A stretch of 64,000 nucleotides of DNA from Paraspadella gotoi (taxonomy: Eukaryota; Animalia; Chaetognatha), in contig CM119267.1 of assembly GCA_051294375.1 (NCBI GenBank), forward strand, positions 6,189,992-6,253,991. The letters run 5' to 3'. The notes beneath the pieces are model-generated. The model did not search any database. It was given only the letters and a program-made list of their open reading frames with translations, and was not told the DNA's origin. Made by a program: the position numbers and the translations under genes. Shown here in pieces: positions 35,801-48,286 of the stretch (positions are counted from its first letter, which is position 1; each line of letters begins with the position of its first letter).

Positions 35801-36366
35801 CCCAGTCCTACGTAACGGGAACCTTTCAGCCCCCTCCGAGCCAGGTCGGCCACTTTACAGATGTTGCTCCATCCGCAACCTCGTCCACGCGCCCTCTATC
35901 GTCGGGAAGCGAAACTTCTGTCAAGAGTCGCGGGCAGCCGTCCCTAGCAGCTGCCCGCGTCAAGACCGCCTCGGACGGAGACTTTGGCCGAGGACGTTCG
36001 GGTCGTGACGTCGTCTCCGCCTCCTCGGGTTCGCGTTCCGGACTTTTCAAGACGGAACTGCGCGTCGAGTGCGAGCCTCTCCGCCTGGCAACGCCCGCGT
36101 TGACCTCGTCGTCCGCCGGCGCGACCCCGTCAGTAGGGGCCGTGGCCTCATCCTCCAACACCCTCCGCGTAGCCCGCGATTTTTCAGCCCTCAAGGAGGA
36201 CGAGATCAGCGTGTGCAAGGGAGAGATGGTCCAAATCCTCGCCGCCAATCAACACAACCATTTCCTCGTGCATCGACCGGCGAACAGCGAATCGCCCGCG
36301 GCCGAAGGATGGGTCCCCGGGAGCGTGCTTGGCGTCGTTACTTCATCCGCTCGGAACCAAACTTGA
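26841..36366 (+). CDS. TRIO: Trio/Kalirin RhoGEF (Sec14, spectrin repeats, DH-PH, SH3, DH-PH, SH3); exons 26841-27138, 27513-27627, 28025-28223, 28312-36366
   Basis: [71 protein letters not shown], second DH domain [14 protein letters not shown] / [18 protein letters not shown]-terminal SH3 [16 protein letters not shown]. Confidence 0.96.
27220..27405 (+). mobile_element. Partial (left-arm) copy of the MITE found in TSR1 intron 3
   Basis: Shares TATTAG.AAATG, GTTTTTCTGACC, TTCTATATGATTTTGCATACAGTATCCC.ATGGCCA, TATCGAGGCGATTTTCAATATTTTACCCC and AAAAATGACCAAAAA with 18951-19120. Confidence 0.85.
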
Positions 36367-37465
36367 AAAAAAAATATTGGGCCTTAACATTGTTTTATTC
36401 GTTCCGAAATGCGCGCGTTTAATATCGTCGACATCTGTATTCAGCCTTTCGAATTCGATTTTGGCCATTTTCACGTCATGGTTGCCAAAATCTTAATAAA
36501 AATTATGAAGCAACCGCACTTTTGTTGACTCGTAAAAAAAACTACCAAAGACGTTTTATTAAGTTATGCAGTTATATATTTATATATATGACTGATAGAT
36601 CGTACGCACTTTTTGTTTTTGCTTGAAATGTACTTATATTACGCAAATATAGTTCTATTTTTTCGTGCCTAATTGTCAATCTTCTTAGTCAATTGATTTT
36701 TGCTTTTATTGGATAATTTTGGTTGAAAAAGCAGAAGAATTCGTTGGCGACAATGAGAACGATTAGATATCGTTTTTAAATTAAAAAAGTATATAATGTA
36801 TACAGTATATATATATTATATATTAATCGCATTGTCTCTGAGGAAACTTCTCTTCCTTTTATCTGCCATCGCGTTTTCGCGATCTCGACGAAGTTTGCAT
36901 GTCGTCACCTGTCCGCACCTGTTGTCCGCCACCCGTATCATCGTCCGATTCATACTTTCTTCCAAGCTTAAATATAATTGTATTTAGTCCTTGTAGTTTT
37001 ATAGACGCTACGAGAGTGCTGTGATCTGATACTTTATTTCGTTTTCTAGAAAGTTTGACGAGTTCTTTCTTGGAATAATATTCGTCTTATATTCTCTCTG
37101 CCTTTATATTCCTACATTTTTACGTACTTATGCATTAATACAGGCTGCGTTGGAAGGTTTGCAACTTTTACCCCACCCCACCCCTCTCCGATCCCTATTT
37201 CTCTTTTAACGATGGCGTTTCCACCTTCGAGTCAAGTCTATCAGATTTATTTTAAGAAATCATGGTGCCATGTAGAAAGGCTATACTCCTTACATCCTTA
37301 GTTATTAATATGGTTTATGGAAGAAGTAGAATCTCCTCATATTTCCGTGTACTATTTCTATTTCGAAACTAGAGATATCGTCAGGTTTCGGGATTTTCTT
37401 TTTTAATCGCGTCGTGTACTGTTTTCATTGTCATTTCGTAGTAGAATAGTCGTGACTTCTTTCGC

Positions 37466-37468
<3 letters not shown>

Positions 37469-37561
<93 letters not shown>
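37469..37561. repeat. (TC)n microsatellite, ~46 units
   Basis: Perfect dinucleotide run. Confidence 0.99.
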
Positions 37562-37564
<3 letters not shown>

Positions 37565-37862
37565 TTTTTTTATCTCTTTTATCCAAGTTTCGTTTAGAAA
37601 CAAATATTTTTTATTTCAGAAAAGTCTATGTAGAAAATTGTATCGGTATATATAGAATCTATTTATAATTTAATTTTTTTGTACAGGTCCGCCTGTTTTG
37701 TTTAACGATGGTAGGGTTTTTATTTTCAAAATCAGGTTATTTTTTCGTTCTCTTTTTATCTGCCATAATCGTAAATTTGCACCGTATTTTTTTTTTCAGC
37801 ATTACAACAATTATTCGAATTTTTTTACGCGAGTTTAAATAGTAAACTTAAATTTTAGAAAT

Positions 37863-40800
37863 ATGAGGTTGACTCTCCAACCTAATATGAGACATTTTCT
37901 GACGGGTCGCATTTTTCGCCGCCATCTCATCGTCTCTACTCGACGGAAAAAGTCGGTAGCGGCGGCAGCGGCGGCATCGCGGCGGGATCTCGACGCCGAA
38001 GTTAACGTCGACTTCGTTCGCAACGTGGGAATAGTGGCGCACATCGATGCAGGCAGGAAAAAGAGGGTGAGGAGTTATTGCAAAAGCTTCGTTTACAAGC
38101 ATTCAGCTTATGTTTCAAAATGTATAATAAATAATTGGTTAATAAAGGAAAAACGACGACGACGGAACGGCTGCTCTACCTCGCGGGATTGACCCGCCAC
38201 TTGGGCGACATCGACGACGGTGACACCGTCACTGACTTCATGCAGCAAGAGAGGGAGAGGGGAATCACCATCACCTCTGCCGCCGTTTCCTTTCGTTGGA
38301 AAGGCCACAGGTTGGATTTCGACGAAGTTCCTTTTCTTATCGCTGGTTATCATTCTCAGACATTGATCGATCTTTGGTCTCCGTAGTCCGTATCTGATTC
38401 TACCGATTTCGGTTCATAGGGTCAACTTGATCGACACACCTGGGCACGTTGATTTCACGATGGAGGTGGAAAGGTCCCTGCGTGTTCTCGATGGCGTCGT
38501 GCTTGTTCTCGATGGATCGGCCGGTGAGTGAGACCCGAGTAAGGTCTCGGGGGTAGGCGCTGCCATTGTCAAAGAGAGACGTTTTAAGCAAACATTCTTA
38601 CTTATTTCTCTTTCGTTAGGCGTTGAGGCCCAAACGCGGACGGTTTGGCGCCAAGCGAGCAAACGGTCCATCCCTTGCGTGGTCTTCGTCAACAAAATGG
38701 ATAAGAACAACGCTGACCTTGAAAAATCTTTAAATTCAATCGAAAAAAAGCTCAACGTTCCGCCGTTACTCTTGCAGGTCTTGCCGAACTTTTAAAATGT
38801 TATAAACTCATGAATCGTATTTTATGCGTTTTTATTACAATTTCTTTGTTAGATTCCGTTAGGAGAGAAAAGAGAATTTCGCGGAGTCGTCGACCTTTTG
38901 TCCCTGACGAAGGTGGAGTGGAAGACGGGAGGAAAGATGAAGGCGGACGGCACCGACGTCAAGATTTCTCCGGTAAAAAAAAAAATAGCAAAGCTAAAAA
39001 AATATTTCCCTTTGTTTGGAAACGCCGAATAACCGATGTTGTTCCGCCGCTCAGTTATGCAAAGACGCCGACTCATCTGTCTTCTCCTCCGCCCTCTCCC
39101 AACGCCGCCTCCTCGTAGAAAAAGTGGCAGACCTGGACGACGCCTTCGCCGAAGCCTTTCTCGCCGTCGAGGACCCGCTCAAGATGCGCCCCGATGCTCT
39201 CAAAACCGCCCTTCGCCGGTTGACGCTCTCGCGAATGTGCCTCCCCGTCACTCTGGGCGCCGCCCTGCGTAACGTGGGCGTTCAACCTCTCATGGACGCC
39301 GTCAACGATTTTCTCCCGTCTCCTCGAGATGTCGCTCGCGATTTTCTTCTCGACGATCGAGTCCTTCGCGCGCTTGCCTTTAAGATTTTTCACGATCCTA
39401 ACAAGGGCCCATTGACTTTCGTTCGCGTGTACTCTGGCCAATTAATGCCTGGCTCCTTGCACAACGTCAACCAAGGCGTCGCTGACAAAGTCGCCAAGAT
39501 ATACTCGCCCTTTGCCGACGAGTTCTCGCCCGCATCCTCGATCTCCGCCGGTCACATCGGGGTGCTCGCCGGGTTGACGACGACGAGATCCGGTGACACT
39601 CTGACCCTCTCCGCCTCGCAAGCTCGCTCTTTGAGAAAAGAGGCGGAGACGGGAGAGGAATCTCACTCTCACGCCGCCATCGACATTCCGGAGCCGGTGT
39701 TTTTCTGTTCCGTCGAGCCGCCGTCGTTGAGCGCCGTTAAGGATCTCGATCGAGCGTTGGAGCGATTGCAGAAGGAGGATCCCAGTCTTCGGGTTAAAGT
39801 GGATCCGGACACAAATCAAACAGTTCTGGCCGGTAAGATTTAATTGAAAGTGAGAATATCGATGAGTGAGAACGAAGGGGAGAGATTTAAACTTAAAACC
39901 TCGTTTTATCAGGCATGGGCGAGTTACATCTAGAGATCATTTTGGATCGAATTCGTCGGGAATTCAAAGTGGACGCAGATCTTGGCGCGATTCAAATAGT
40001 TTACCAAGAGGCTCTGCATCCCGACTCGCCGCCGGTCGACGAAACCTTCGTCTATGATCGCATTGTCAAAGGCAAGAGGTGTTACGTGGAAATCTCTTTG
40101 CGCGTCTCTCCGGCGAGGAAGGACGACGCCGGCGATGTGTTCAACTATAATAATTTTCTTTCGTCCGAGAAAAGACCCGATCTGCCGATATGGGTCCTCG
40201 AACGGCAGGTAAATAACTATTGAAAGTACTTTAGTACTTAATTATACTGGGAATATCGTATGATATTGTATTTTATTGTTTTTAGTTGGGATACGCTGGC
40301 CAAGGCGTGAAATCGGCCCTGGCATCAGGTCCGCTTCTCGGGTTTCCAGTGACGGGTGCTCGCGTCTCTCTGCTCGGTTTATCGACGATGAAGGGCGTCA
40401 TTCCCACCGGCATCATCGCTGCCACCGCAGCATGTGTCTCTTCCGCCTTGAAAAAGTCCCGATGCATTTTGTTCGGTAAGAAAATAAAAATGGAGAATAG
40501 AGAGAGGGAGCAAAATATTTTAAATTTAACATTTTATACCAAAATCATAATTAAAATTAACCGTTAAAATAAACATATTAACCGTTAACGGATAACGTTT
40601 CCCAATTTTTTTTTTTCAGAGCCAGTTATGGACGTAGATGTGAGCGTGGAGGGATGCTTTGCAGAATCCGTAGCGTCGGATCTTCGACGGCGTCGCGGTG
40701 TCGACGTCTCTACTTCTTGGGAGGGAGACTTCCGCGTCGTCATCGCCAAAGTTCCCCTCGTCGAGATGATGGGATACGCCAAAGACGTGAGGACGGCGAC

Positions 40801-40903
40801 GGGCGGAACCGCCGCTTTTTCCATGCGTTTGGCCGGTTATAACCAAATGAACGAATCGGAGACTTCTAGGCTGTTGGAAGAAAAGAGGTTGACTGGCCGG
40901 TGA
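37863..40903 (+). CDS. GFM2: Mitochondrial ribosome-releasing factor 2 (EF-G2mt), multi-exon
   Basis: [11 protein letters not shown]|[100 protein letters not shown]-terminal basic presequence. Confidence 0.93.
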
Positions 40904-41031
40904 AGTCTCTTTATGCGATTTCCTGTAAAGAATTTTAGCGACTTTTTGGCTCGCCTTTTATTTATTGAGTCTTACGTTTTATTATCGTTACAGTTTTCTC
41001 GAAAATCTAGTCAAAAAAAGCGAAAAACAAA

Positions 41032-43173
41032 ATGGAGTATTTGGTCGATTTTCCCCCTGGCCCACTAACTCCCTCTCGCGAAACGGCGTCGTTTTGTTGG
41101 AAATCCCTAAATCTCTTCGGTGAAGGCGGTGACGAAGAAGTTCTCGCCTTTAAGCATCGAATCTGGCGTCTCATAGAGAGTCGACCCGAATTTCTACGTT
41201 CGACTTCGGGCGAGAGTCTTGATTTCAAGCGGCGCCGATGCATGAATCAACTGCGGTGTCTCATCGAGCTCGACTTCGCCACCGACGACGAATTGCTCGC
41301 GAATCCCTTGAAGGCGCATCGTCTCTTCAGCGAAATCCTTGGTGCCTACGACTGGTCACTCTCGAGCAAGTACACGTTGAATCGGCAGATGTTCGGTCAA
41401 GTCGTCGCTACCATGGGCTCGGCTCGCCACGCCCCGCTCGCTCAAGCCTCAGTGGACTTTCGCGTCTTTGGTTGCTTCGCCCTGACCGAGCTCGCACACG
41501 GCACCAACACCAAGGCCGTAGAGACGCGCGCAGTGTTCGATCCCGGCCGAGACGCTTTCGTGCTCGACACGCCTCGTCTCGAAGCGGCCAAGGTCTGGAG
41601 CGGAAACTTGGGTAAAACAGCGACACACGCTGCCGTTTACGCCCGCCTGATAACCCCTGACGGTACCGATCACGGGCTCCACGTATTTGTTGTTCCCGTG
41701 AGAGATCCAGTAACTATGGAAACTCTGCCCGGCGTCTCGATTTGGGACATGGGAGAAAAGTTGGGTCAGAACGGCGTGGATAACGGAATGATGACATTGA
41801 AGGGTGTGACGGTGGCAAGGGAAAACCTCTTGAACGGTTCCAGCGATGTTTCGCCCGACGGGACTTTCCTCACCTCCATCAAAGATTCGAAGAAACGGTT
41901 CGGTGCTTCACTCGCCGCTCTTTCCGCCGGCCGAGTCGGGATCACGGGAATGGCCGTCACGAACATGAAGAAGGCGACGGCCATCGGCGTCCGCTACTCT
42001 GCCGTGAGAAGGCAGTTCGGTCCGCCCAAACAACCAGAAGAGGAAGTACCGATTTTATCGTATCAGCTCCAACGTTACCGCCTTTTGCCTTACTTATGCG
42101 CCACTGTGGTGCTGGACAATTTCGCGCGATCCATTTTTCAGGACTTGATTGGTATTTTCATGGGTCTCTACTCGCCGGACGAGAAGGATTGGCGCGGGAA
42201 GGAGTTGCACGCTCTTAGCTGCGCAGCCAAACCCTGCGCCTCTTGGATGGCTCGCGACGCTATTCAGGACGTGCGCGAGGCTTGTGGAGGGATGGGGTAC
42301 CTGAGCTTCAACGGAATCGGCGTCTTAAGAGACGACAACGATCCTAACTGTACATACGAAGGCGACAACAACGTCCTCATGCAGCAGACGAGCAATTATC
42401 TCTTCTCGTTGATCGACGACGAGGAATCCGACTCCGGCGCCAAGTTCCCAGAGTCGCTTCGGTTTTTATCGCGGACGAACTTAGATTTCACGAAGACGCG
42501 ATTCGTGTCTTTCGTCGTCGATCGGATCGATGACCCCGCGGTTCTCGACATTCCCGTTCTTTGCTTTCGCTGGCTCGTGCGTTTCCATCTCCGCGAATCG
42601 CGGCGTCGATTTCGCCGACAGATGCAAGCATTTTTATCCTCGAATTCCGCTAAAGGATTCGTCGACGAACGTGAGCGCGAAGAGTGCGCTCGTTTTAGCG
42701 CCAAAAACGAGTCGCAGATCTTTTATTGCAAGGATTTGGTCATATGCTACTTTTATTATAATCTCTTCTCGAGATTCGTCTTGCGCTTGAGGGAAGAGGA
42801 AGAGGGCCGTTTAGACTCCCGCCTTCGCCTCGTTCTTCGCCGAATATATCTTTTGACGGGATTTTGGGCGGTGGAAAAGTTTCTTGGCGCCATGTACTTG
42901 GGTGGCTTCATGAGCGGCGACGACGGGCGGCATGTGCAGGAGGCGGTGTTGAGACTCTGCGACGCGTTGGCGCCCGAGGCCGTGGCCATCGCCGACGCGC
43001 TCGCTCCGCCCGACTTTTGCCTCAATTCCGCCATCGGTCACTCGTCCGGCCGGGTGTACGAGAAAGTTGTCGAAGCCATTGTGGAGAACCCTGAGAATTC
43101 GCAAAAACCCGACTGGTGGAAGGAAATGAAGCACGCGGGCACAGATTCGTTTTTATGCAAAAGCAAATTGTGA
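41032..43173 (+). CDS. ACOX3: Peroxisomal acyl-CoA oxidase 3, intronless
   Basis: [83 protein letters not shown]; C-terminal PTS1 SKL. Confidence 0.95.
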   Translation: MEYLVDFPPGPLTPSRETASFCWKSLNLFGEGGDEEVLAFKHRIWRLIESRPEFLRSTSGESLDFKRRRCMNQLRCLIELDFATDDELLANPLKAHRLFSEILGAYDWSLSSKYTLNRQMFGQVVATMGSARHAPLAQASVDFRVFGCFALTELAHGTNTKAVETRAVFDPGRDAFVLDTPRLEAAKVWSGNLGKTATHAAVYARLITPDGTDHGLHVFVVPVRDPVTMETLPGVSIWDMGEKLGQNGVDNGMMTLKGVTVARENLLNGSSDVSPDGTFLTSIKDSKKRFGASLAALSAGRVGITGMAVTNMKKATAIGVRYSAVRRQFGPPKQPEEEVPILSYQLQRYRLLPYLCATVVLDNFARSIFQDLIGIFMGLYSPDEKDWRGKELHALSCAAKPCASWMARDAIQDVREACGGMGYLSFNGIGVLRDDNDPNCTYEGDNNVLMQQTSNYLFSLIDDEESDSGAKFPESLRFLSRTNLDFTKTRFVSFVVDRIDDPAVLDIPVLCFRWLVRFHLRESRRRFRRQMQAFLSSNSAKGFVDEREREECARFSAKNESQIFYCKDLVICYFYYNLFSRFVLRLREEEEGRLDSRLRLVLRRIYLLTGFWAVEKFLGAMYLGGFMSGDDGRHVQEAVLRLCDALAPEAVAIADALAPPDFCLNSAIGHSSGRVYEKVVEAIVENPENSQKPDWWKEMKHAGTDSFLCKSKL

Positions 43174-43954
43174 TTTTGATTCGCGCATGTACTATCTAGG
43201 AAAAAAGTATATAACATAATTCATTTATTCAATAAAAAGTATACAAAATATGGGTAAAACATTTTCAATATTTGGTATGCCTTTTTTTAGTATTGATTAT
43301 TGCTTGCAAGTTGCATTTATCTGGGCATGTTTTCATACAGCTAATTGATTTATGACAGTGAAATATTTTTTCACATTTTTAACGCAATTATTTCGAGCCC
43401 TGATGTTAATATTGTGCATCTTTCCTTCTTTTTTAAGAGCTATAATAATATTTTTTTGAACCAAAAAGAGCTGCAAGGCCTTTAGCATTACCAAATTAAA
43501 AAAAAATAACTCTATTCGAAATAAAAATAAATTATTAAATATTAAAAATAATAAAAAATTAAATATAATTTTTTAAAATATTTTTTATTTGAAGTAATAA
43601 TATTTTTTTGCCTCTAACTTCTAAACAATTTGTCCTCTACAAAAAAAAATTACTGAAAGGAAATTCAATGTAAATTTAAAATCTTTTTAATTTTTTAAAA
43701 ATCAAATAAGTTTTTAAGTAGATATCGTTTATTAAAAATGTCATATACTTTTTTCCTAGATAGTATTCTTGTAATCACAATTTATAGGTTACATTTTTTA
43801 TACACAAATATTTTTTTACCGTGGAAGGGGTCACACTAGTTTTACAAATTATCTAGTCATTTGTTATTTTTGGCAAAGTTTGTTGATTATCGTTAAATTT
43901 TAATACTGTTTTTGCAATATATTTATATTATAAAATTTTCCCGACACACAGAAA

Positions 43955-44578
43955 ATGAGAACATTTGACTACGAAGACGCGTTCGACCTTGACTCTTTCC
44001 AAAGACAAGCGAGTGAGTTTCTCGACAAGGCGGCGACTTTGAACGAGGCTTGGGAATTGCGTCGGTATTCCGACGACGATGATTTTTCGGTCTATTTGTT
44101 TAAACGAGAAGAGCGAGAGTGGGACGAGGACGACGACGACGACGACGACGTCGAAGATGACGACGAAAACGATCGCGATTCTCACTTCGTGGACACGGCC
44201 TCGATAGCCTTCGATCACTCTCGCGACGTCCTCTCTTTCGAGTATCACGTTCTATTCTCCGCCAGCTACCGAGTTCCGACGCTCTTCTTCAAAGCTTCGA
44301 GAAGAAACGGAAAACCGATAAGCCTGGAAGAGTTGTGGCGTTTAATCGCCAAGGATCATTCTGGAATCGTCGACTCCGACGACAAATGGAAGTTCGTCAC
44401 GCAGCAGGAACACCCTTTTCTGGGCACGCCCTTTTTTCATGTGCATCCGTGCCGTACCGCGGACGCATTGAGGGATGTGCGAAGAGGCGCCACGAAATCC
44501 GTCTCTTATTTGTCCACCTGGCTAAGCATGTACGGTCCGGTGGTAGGGATGAGACTCCCCGTCGCTCTTTTCGCGTGA
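43955..44578 (+). CDS. ATG10: Autophagy E2-like enzyme ATG10, intronless
   Basis: FEYHVLFSASYRVPTLFF, VTQQEHPFLGTPFFHVHPCRT (catalytic HPC), YLSTWLSMYGPVVG. Confidence 0.94.
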   Translation: MRTFDYEDAFDLDSFQRQASEFLDKAATLNEAWELRRYSDDDDFSVYLFKREEREWDEDDDDDDDVEDDDENDRDSHFVDTASIAFDHSRDVLSFEYHVLFSASYRVPTLFFKASRRNGKPISLEELWRLIAKDHSGIVDSDDKWKFVTQQEHPFLGTPFFHVHPCRTADALRDVRRGATKSVSYLSTWLSMYGPVVGMRLPVALFA

Positions 44579-44654
44579 CGTTTTTCTTTTTATTTGTTAG
44601 ATAAGAAAATAGTAACTGACGAAGGAGCGAAAAAATGAAACTAAGAAAATCATA

Positions 44655-45117
44655 ATGGATGCTCGAGGAGGTCCCGAGGGAGTAACAGTTTCTGTTCGCT
44701 TGATCCGGTCCTTCAAGCACAGAACTGTCAAAAATATCGTGATAAAAAACGTAGATACAAGTCTGTTTGTATCTCAATTCAAAAAAGACGTTTTGGCCCG
44801 ATTACCAACGGAGAGCAGGTACAAGGAAAAAATTTTAATTTTCAAAGCTTGTAAGGTTTGATAGCCCAACTTTGTTAACGATTCGCAGTCTGCCTCCACC
44901 TTTTCGGAAATTCGCCTACGATACGATGAAGATCGAGCATCAGGCTCACGGATACAAGAGCAACGATCCGCTCATCAATAAGGAAGACGACGATTCCTTG
45001 ATGCTGTCGGATAATACGACACTCGCGGAATCTGGCGTCACGCACGAAACGACCCTTTCATTTTTTAAACGTGATGAATATCTCGAATATAAAGAAGATC
45101 CTTCCCTGGAATGGTAG
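44655..45117 (+). CDS. C2orf76: UPF0538 protein (C2orf76/AIM29-like); exons 44655-44818, 44889-45117
   Basis: TVSVRLIRSFKHR, LPPPFRKFAYDTMKIEHQAHGYK, GVTHETTLSFF...Y.EYKEDPSLEW*. Confidence 0.88.
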
Positions 45118-45405
45118 TCGCGAACCAGTTCTTAGGGTTGATCAAACGGGTTTTATTGTTCATTGATATCTTTGCGAGTGTATTAATTGATCAGAAACTT
45201 TTATATCTCTTCAAAAATATATATATATATACCATGGCCTTGCAGAAATTTTTGTTGGACACAATCTGTTTGTGTCCAACAATTGAATTTGACATGTTAA
45301 TTGTTTAAAATTATTTTCGTCGATTGAAACTTGTTTTCCTGCGTTTCGTCACAGATTAAATTCTCTTAAAACGTTTTGAAAACTTCCACCTGTAAGACTA
45401 AAAAA

Positions 45406-45980
45406 ATGTCGTCCGATTTAACGTGGATGATCGTTCGCAACAACTCGTCCTTCATGGTGAAGGGGCGCTTGTCGCGCACTAAGATTTTCAGCAAAGACCC
45501 AATGTCGCTAACAGGCGTCCACAGTTGCACAAGCGGAAGTGTCGCCCAAAATCGCGGCGTCGGCCTTCGCGCGGCTCCCGATAATAAAGGTGCTGTGAAA
45601 AATGTTATTATATAATTGTTATTATTTAAAGAGTTTATCGATGCTTTTTCGTGACATCCTAGGCGTCGTATTGTCGACGAAGAAGGTGAAGAAAGTAGCG
45701 AAGCCACGCGATTCCCTGAATGAGGTGACCTTGAAGAAGGGACGCCGGGCCGTCTTGACCTCTGTCGGCAACGCCGTCAAAAGTTATGACAAGGCAAAGA
45801 AAAAGGCGGCCATGAAGAGAGCCTCAGCCATTCTGAGGTTCGTTTTTTTTGTTTTTTTTTGTATTCAAAAAGGAATCCTAATTATTAAGTAATTATTAAC
45901 TTAAAATAACTATATTTTACTGACGCTTTAATTCTAGGAGCCAACGCCCTCGAATCGGAAAACGTAGCAAGAAGGAATAA
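45406..45980 (+). CDS. RPL28: 60S ribosomal protein L28 (eL28); 3 exons
   Basis: MSSDLTWMIVRNNSSF, FSKDPMSL, RGVGLRAAPDNK|GVVL, AAMKRASAILR|SQRP. Confidence 0.93.
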
Positions 45981-46099
45981 GAAGCATAAAATACAGATGG
46001 AACTTTTCAATAAATATTTTGGGATAAGATTGTTTCAACTTTTAAGCAACGTTGTATTAATTTTTTTGTCGTTAAAATTTTTTTTTCCTAGAAGCCAAA

Positions 46100-47838
46100 A
46101 TGTCGATGGACAAGTTTCTATCGCACTTAAGAAAAGAGGCGCCTATTCTTGCCCTTACAGCGGTTGCTTGGGGAATCTTTATATTGTCTTGTTGGCTATT
46201 GGCCCAGTTTATTTCATGGATCGGCGTCGCGGTTCTTTTCTCCGGATTGTACTTGTATTTAACCAGTAAGAAAATGTTAAAATGTTAATGTTAAAAAAAT
46301 ACATATTAGGTTTTTTTAATTTCCTTATTACATACCTCTTAGGTGAAACCCCTGTTTCTGCCGATGACGAACGAAAAAGGCAAAAATACTCTGTCGTCAT
46401 CGTCGGCGCGGGATTCTCGGGCATTTGCATGGGCATCAAACTCAAATTGGCTAAAATTCCCTTCGTCATTTTGGAAAAGTCGGAAACGTTCGGCGGGACT
46501 TGGTGGGACAACAAATATCCCGGTTGCGCTTGCGACGTCATGTCTCACATGTACAGCTTATCGTTCTTTCCGAATCCATTTTGGTCCAAGACTTTCCCTT
46601 CTCAACCGGAAGTGTTGCGTTACCTTCGTCGGGTCGCGCAAGATTACGGTTTGAGGGAATTCACTCGATTTAACAAACGTGTTGACACTTCCACCTTCGA
46701 TGAATCGACTCAGGAGTGGAGCGTGCTCACAACCGACGGGGAAGTTTTTCGCGGGAATTTCCTGGTGTCCGGCATCGGTCCCTTGCACGTTCCAAAAACA
46801 CCCGCCTTCCCGGGCGCCGGAGAATTCCAGGGCGAGGCGTTTCACACGGCGGAATGGATGTCGGAGTTCGATTGGACGGACAAGGCGATCGGTGTCATAG
46901 GCACCGGAGCCTCCGCGGTTCAAGTCGTTCCCGCGCTGGAGCCCAAGGTCAAGTCTCTCCACGTGTTTCAGAGAACGGCCGTCTGGACGTCGCCCAGGTT
47001 CGACTTTAGTTATCCATCCATCGTCCAAAATATCTTCGCCGTTTTCCCATTTATCATGAAGCTTCACAGATGGTACATATTTTTTCGCCACGAATTGGGG
47101 TTCTTCATGATATTTACAAAGGATTCCTTTATGTCTAAAAAAGTCCGTCAAATTGTTAAAGGAGCCATGCAGAGCGAAATCCGCGATCCCGTTTTGAAAA
47201 AAAAGCTCATTCCCGACTTTGATCTGGGCTGTAAGAGAATCACAGTTTCCAACAACTACGTGCAAACTTTTAATTCTCCAAAAGTTACGCTGGTGACCCA
47301 ACCAATCAATCGTATATGTAAGGAAGGCGTTGTGATCAAAGAAGGCGACGACACTAAAACGGTTCCCTTGGACGCCATAATTTACGCGACAGGCTTCGAC
47401 GTTTTGGCCAGTTGCAAGAATATGAAAATGGTCGGTAAGGGCGGTTCCGTCCTCAACGAGTTGTGGGGCGAGAAACCCAACGCTTATTTGGCCATCACTT
47501 GTCCCGGTTTTCCCAACTTGTTTCACTTGCTGGGACCAAATTCTGGGTTAGGGCACAACAGCGTGGTTTGGATGATCGAATGCCAAGTCGATTACATCAT
47601 GGACGCCATTTTGAAATGCATCAACGGCGGGTTCAAATCCATTGATGTTCGAGAAGAAGTCAATGAGAATTACCAGCGCAGCCTGCGTTACCGAATGAAG
47701 TTTCGAGTTTTCTACTCGGGCTGTAAAAGCTGGTATCAAAATTCGGAAGGGTTTATCTTCGCCTTGTGGCCCAGTCATTTATTGCATTATTGGTGGATTA
47801 CTAGAAAAATGAATACGAATGATTACAAGATGATTTAG
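46100..47838 (+). CDS. Baeyer-Villiger-type flavin monooxygenase with an N-terminal membrane anchor; exons 46100-46265, 46343-47838
   Basis: VVIVGAGFSGI Rossmann motif, GGTWWDNKYPGCACD, type I BVMO fingerprint FQGEAFHTAEW, VIGTGASAVQ, IIYATGF; exon 1 is hydrophobic. Confidence 0.9.
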
Positions 47839-48286
47839 GCTTTCATTTTTTGTGAGGCTTCAGTCAATGTTATTTTTGATTGGCTTATTTTTGGTACTTT
47901 ACGTGGTAAATTAATTTTTATCAATTTTTTTTCTTGATTTCGCTTTTTTTTAAAAATGTGTATAATCGTTGTTGTTAATCATTTATTAATAATCTTAACT
48001 TACGATTTTGTTTTCAATATCAGTTTTACCGATGATTTATTGACACTTATAATTTTAAGTGGTTTTGTGTTATTTAATAATTTTTAAATTATGGAAAATC
48101 CGGTTTAATTTTTTTTTCTTGTGGAAAAATTGATTCCTTCCGCTTAATGCTCAATGACTCATTGAATGAGTATTACTTGACTTGAGATTCTAGCCAGTAC
48201 GGATATATGATCATTTTTTTATCTTTGGGAAAATGATTGTTCAACCAACTAGTCTTTTTGAAAATTCGTTGATTTATTTTAAGATA

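Noticed and set aside
34900-36366. Trio lacking the C-terminal Ig/kinase domains
   Set aside because: Kinase-less Trio is common in invertebrates and not unusual.
37403-37655. ORFs with (ER)n and (SL)n repeats
   Set aside because: They are translations of the (TC)n microsatellite.
46558-47526. 322-aa minus-strand ORF, and similar antisense ORFs at 7243-7920, 13250-13867, 16364-16906 and 51372-51923
   Set aside because: They are shadow frames of GC-rich plus-strand CDSs with no recognisable motifs.
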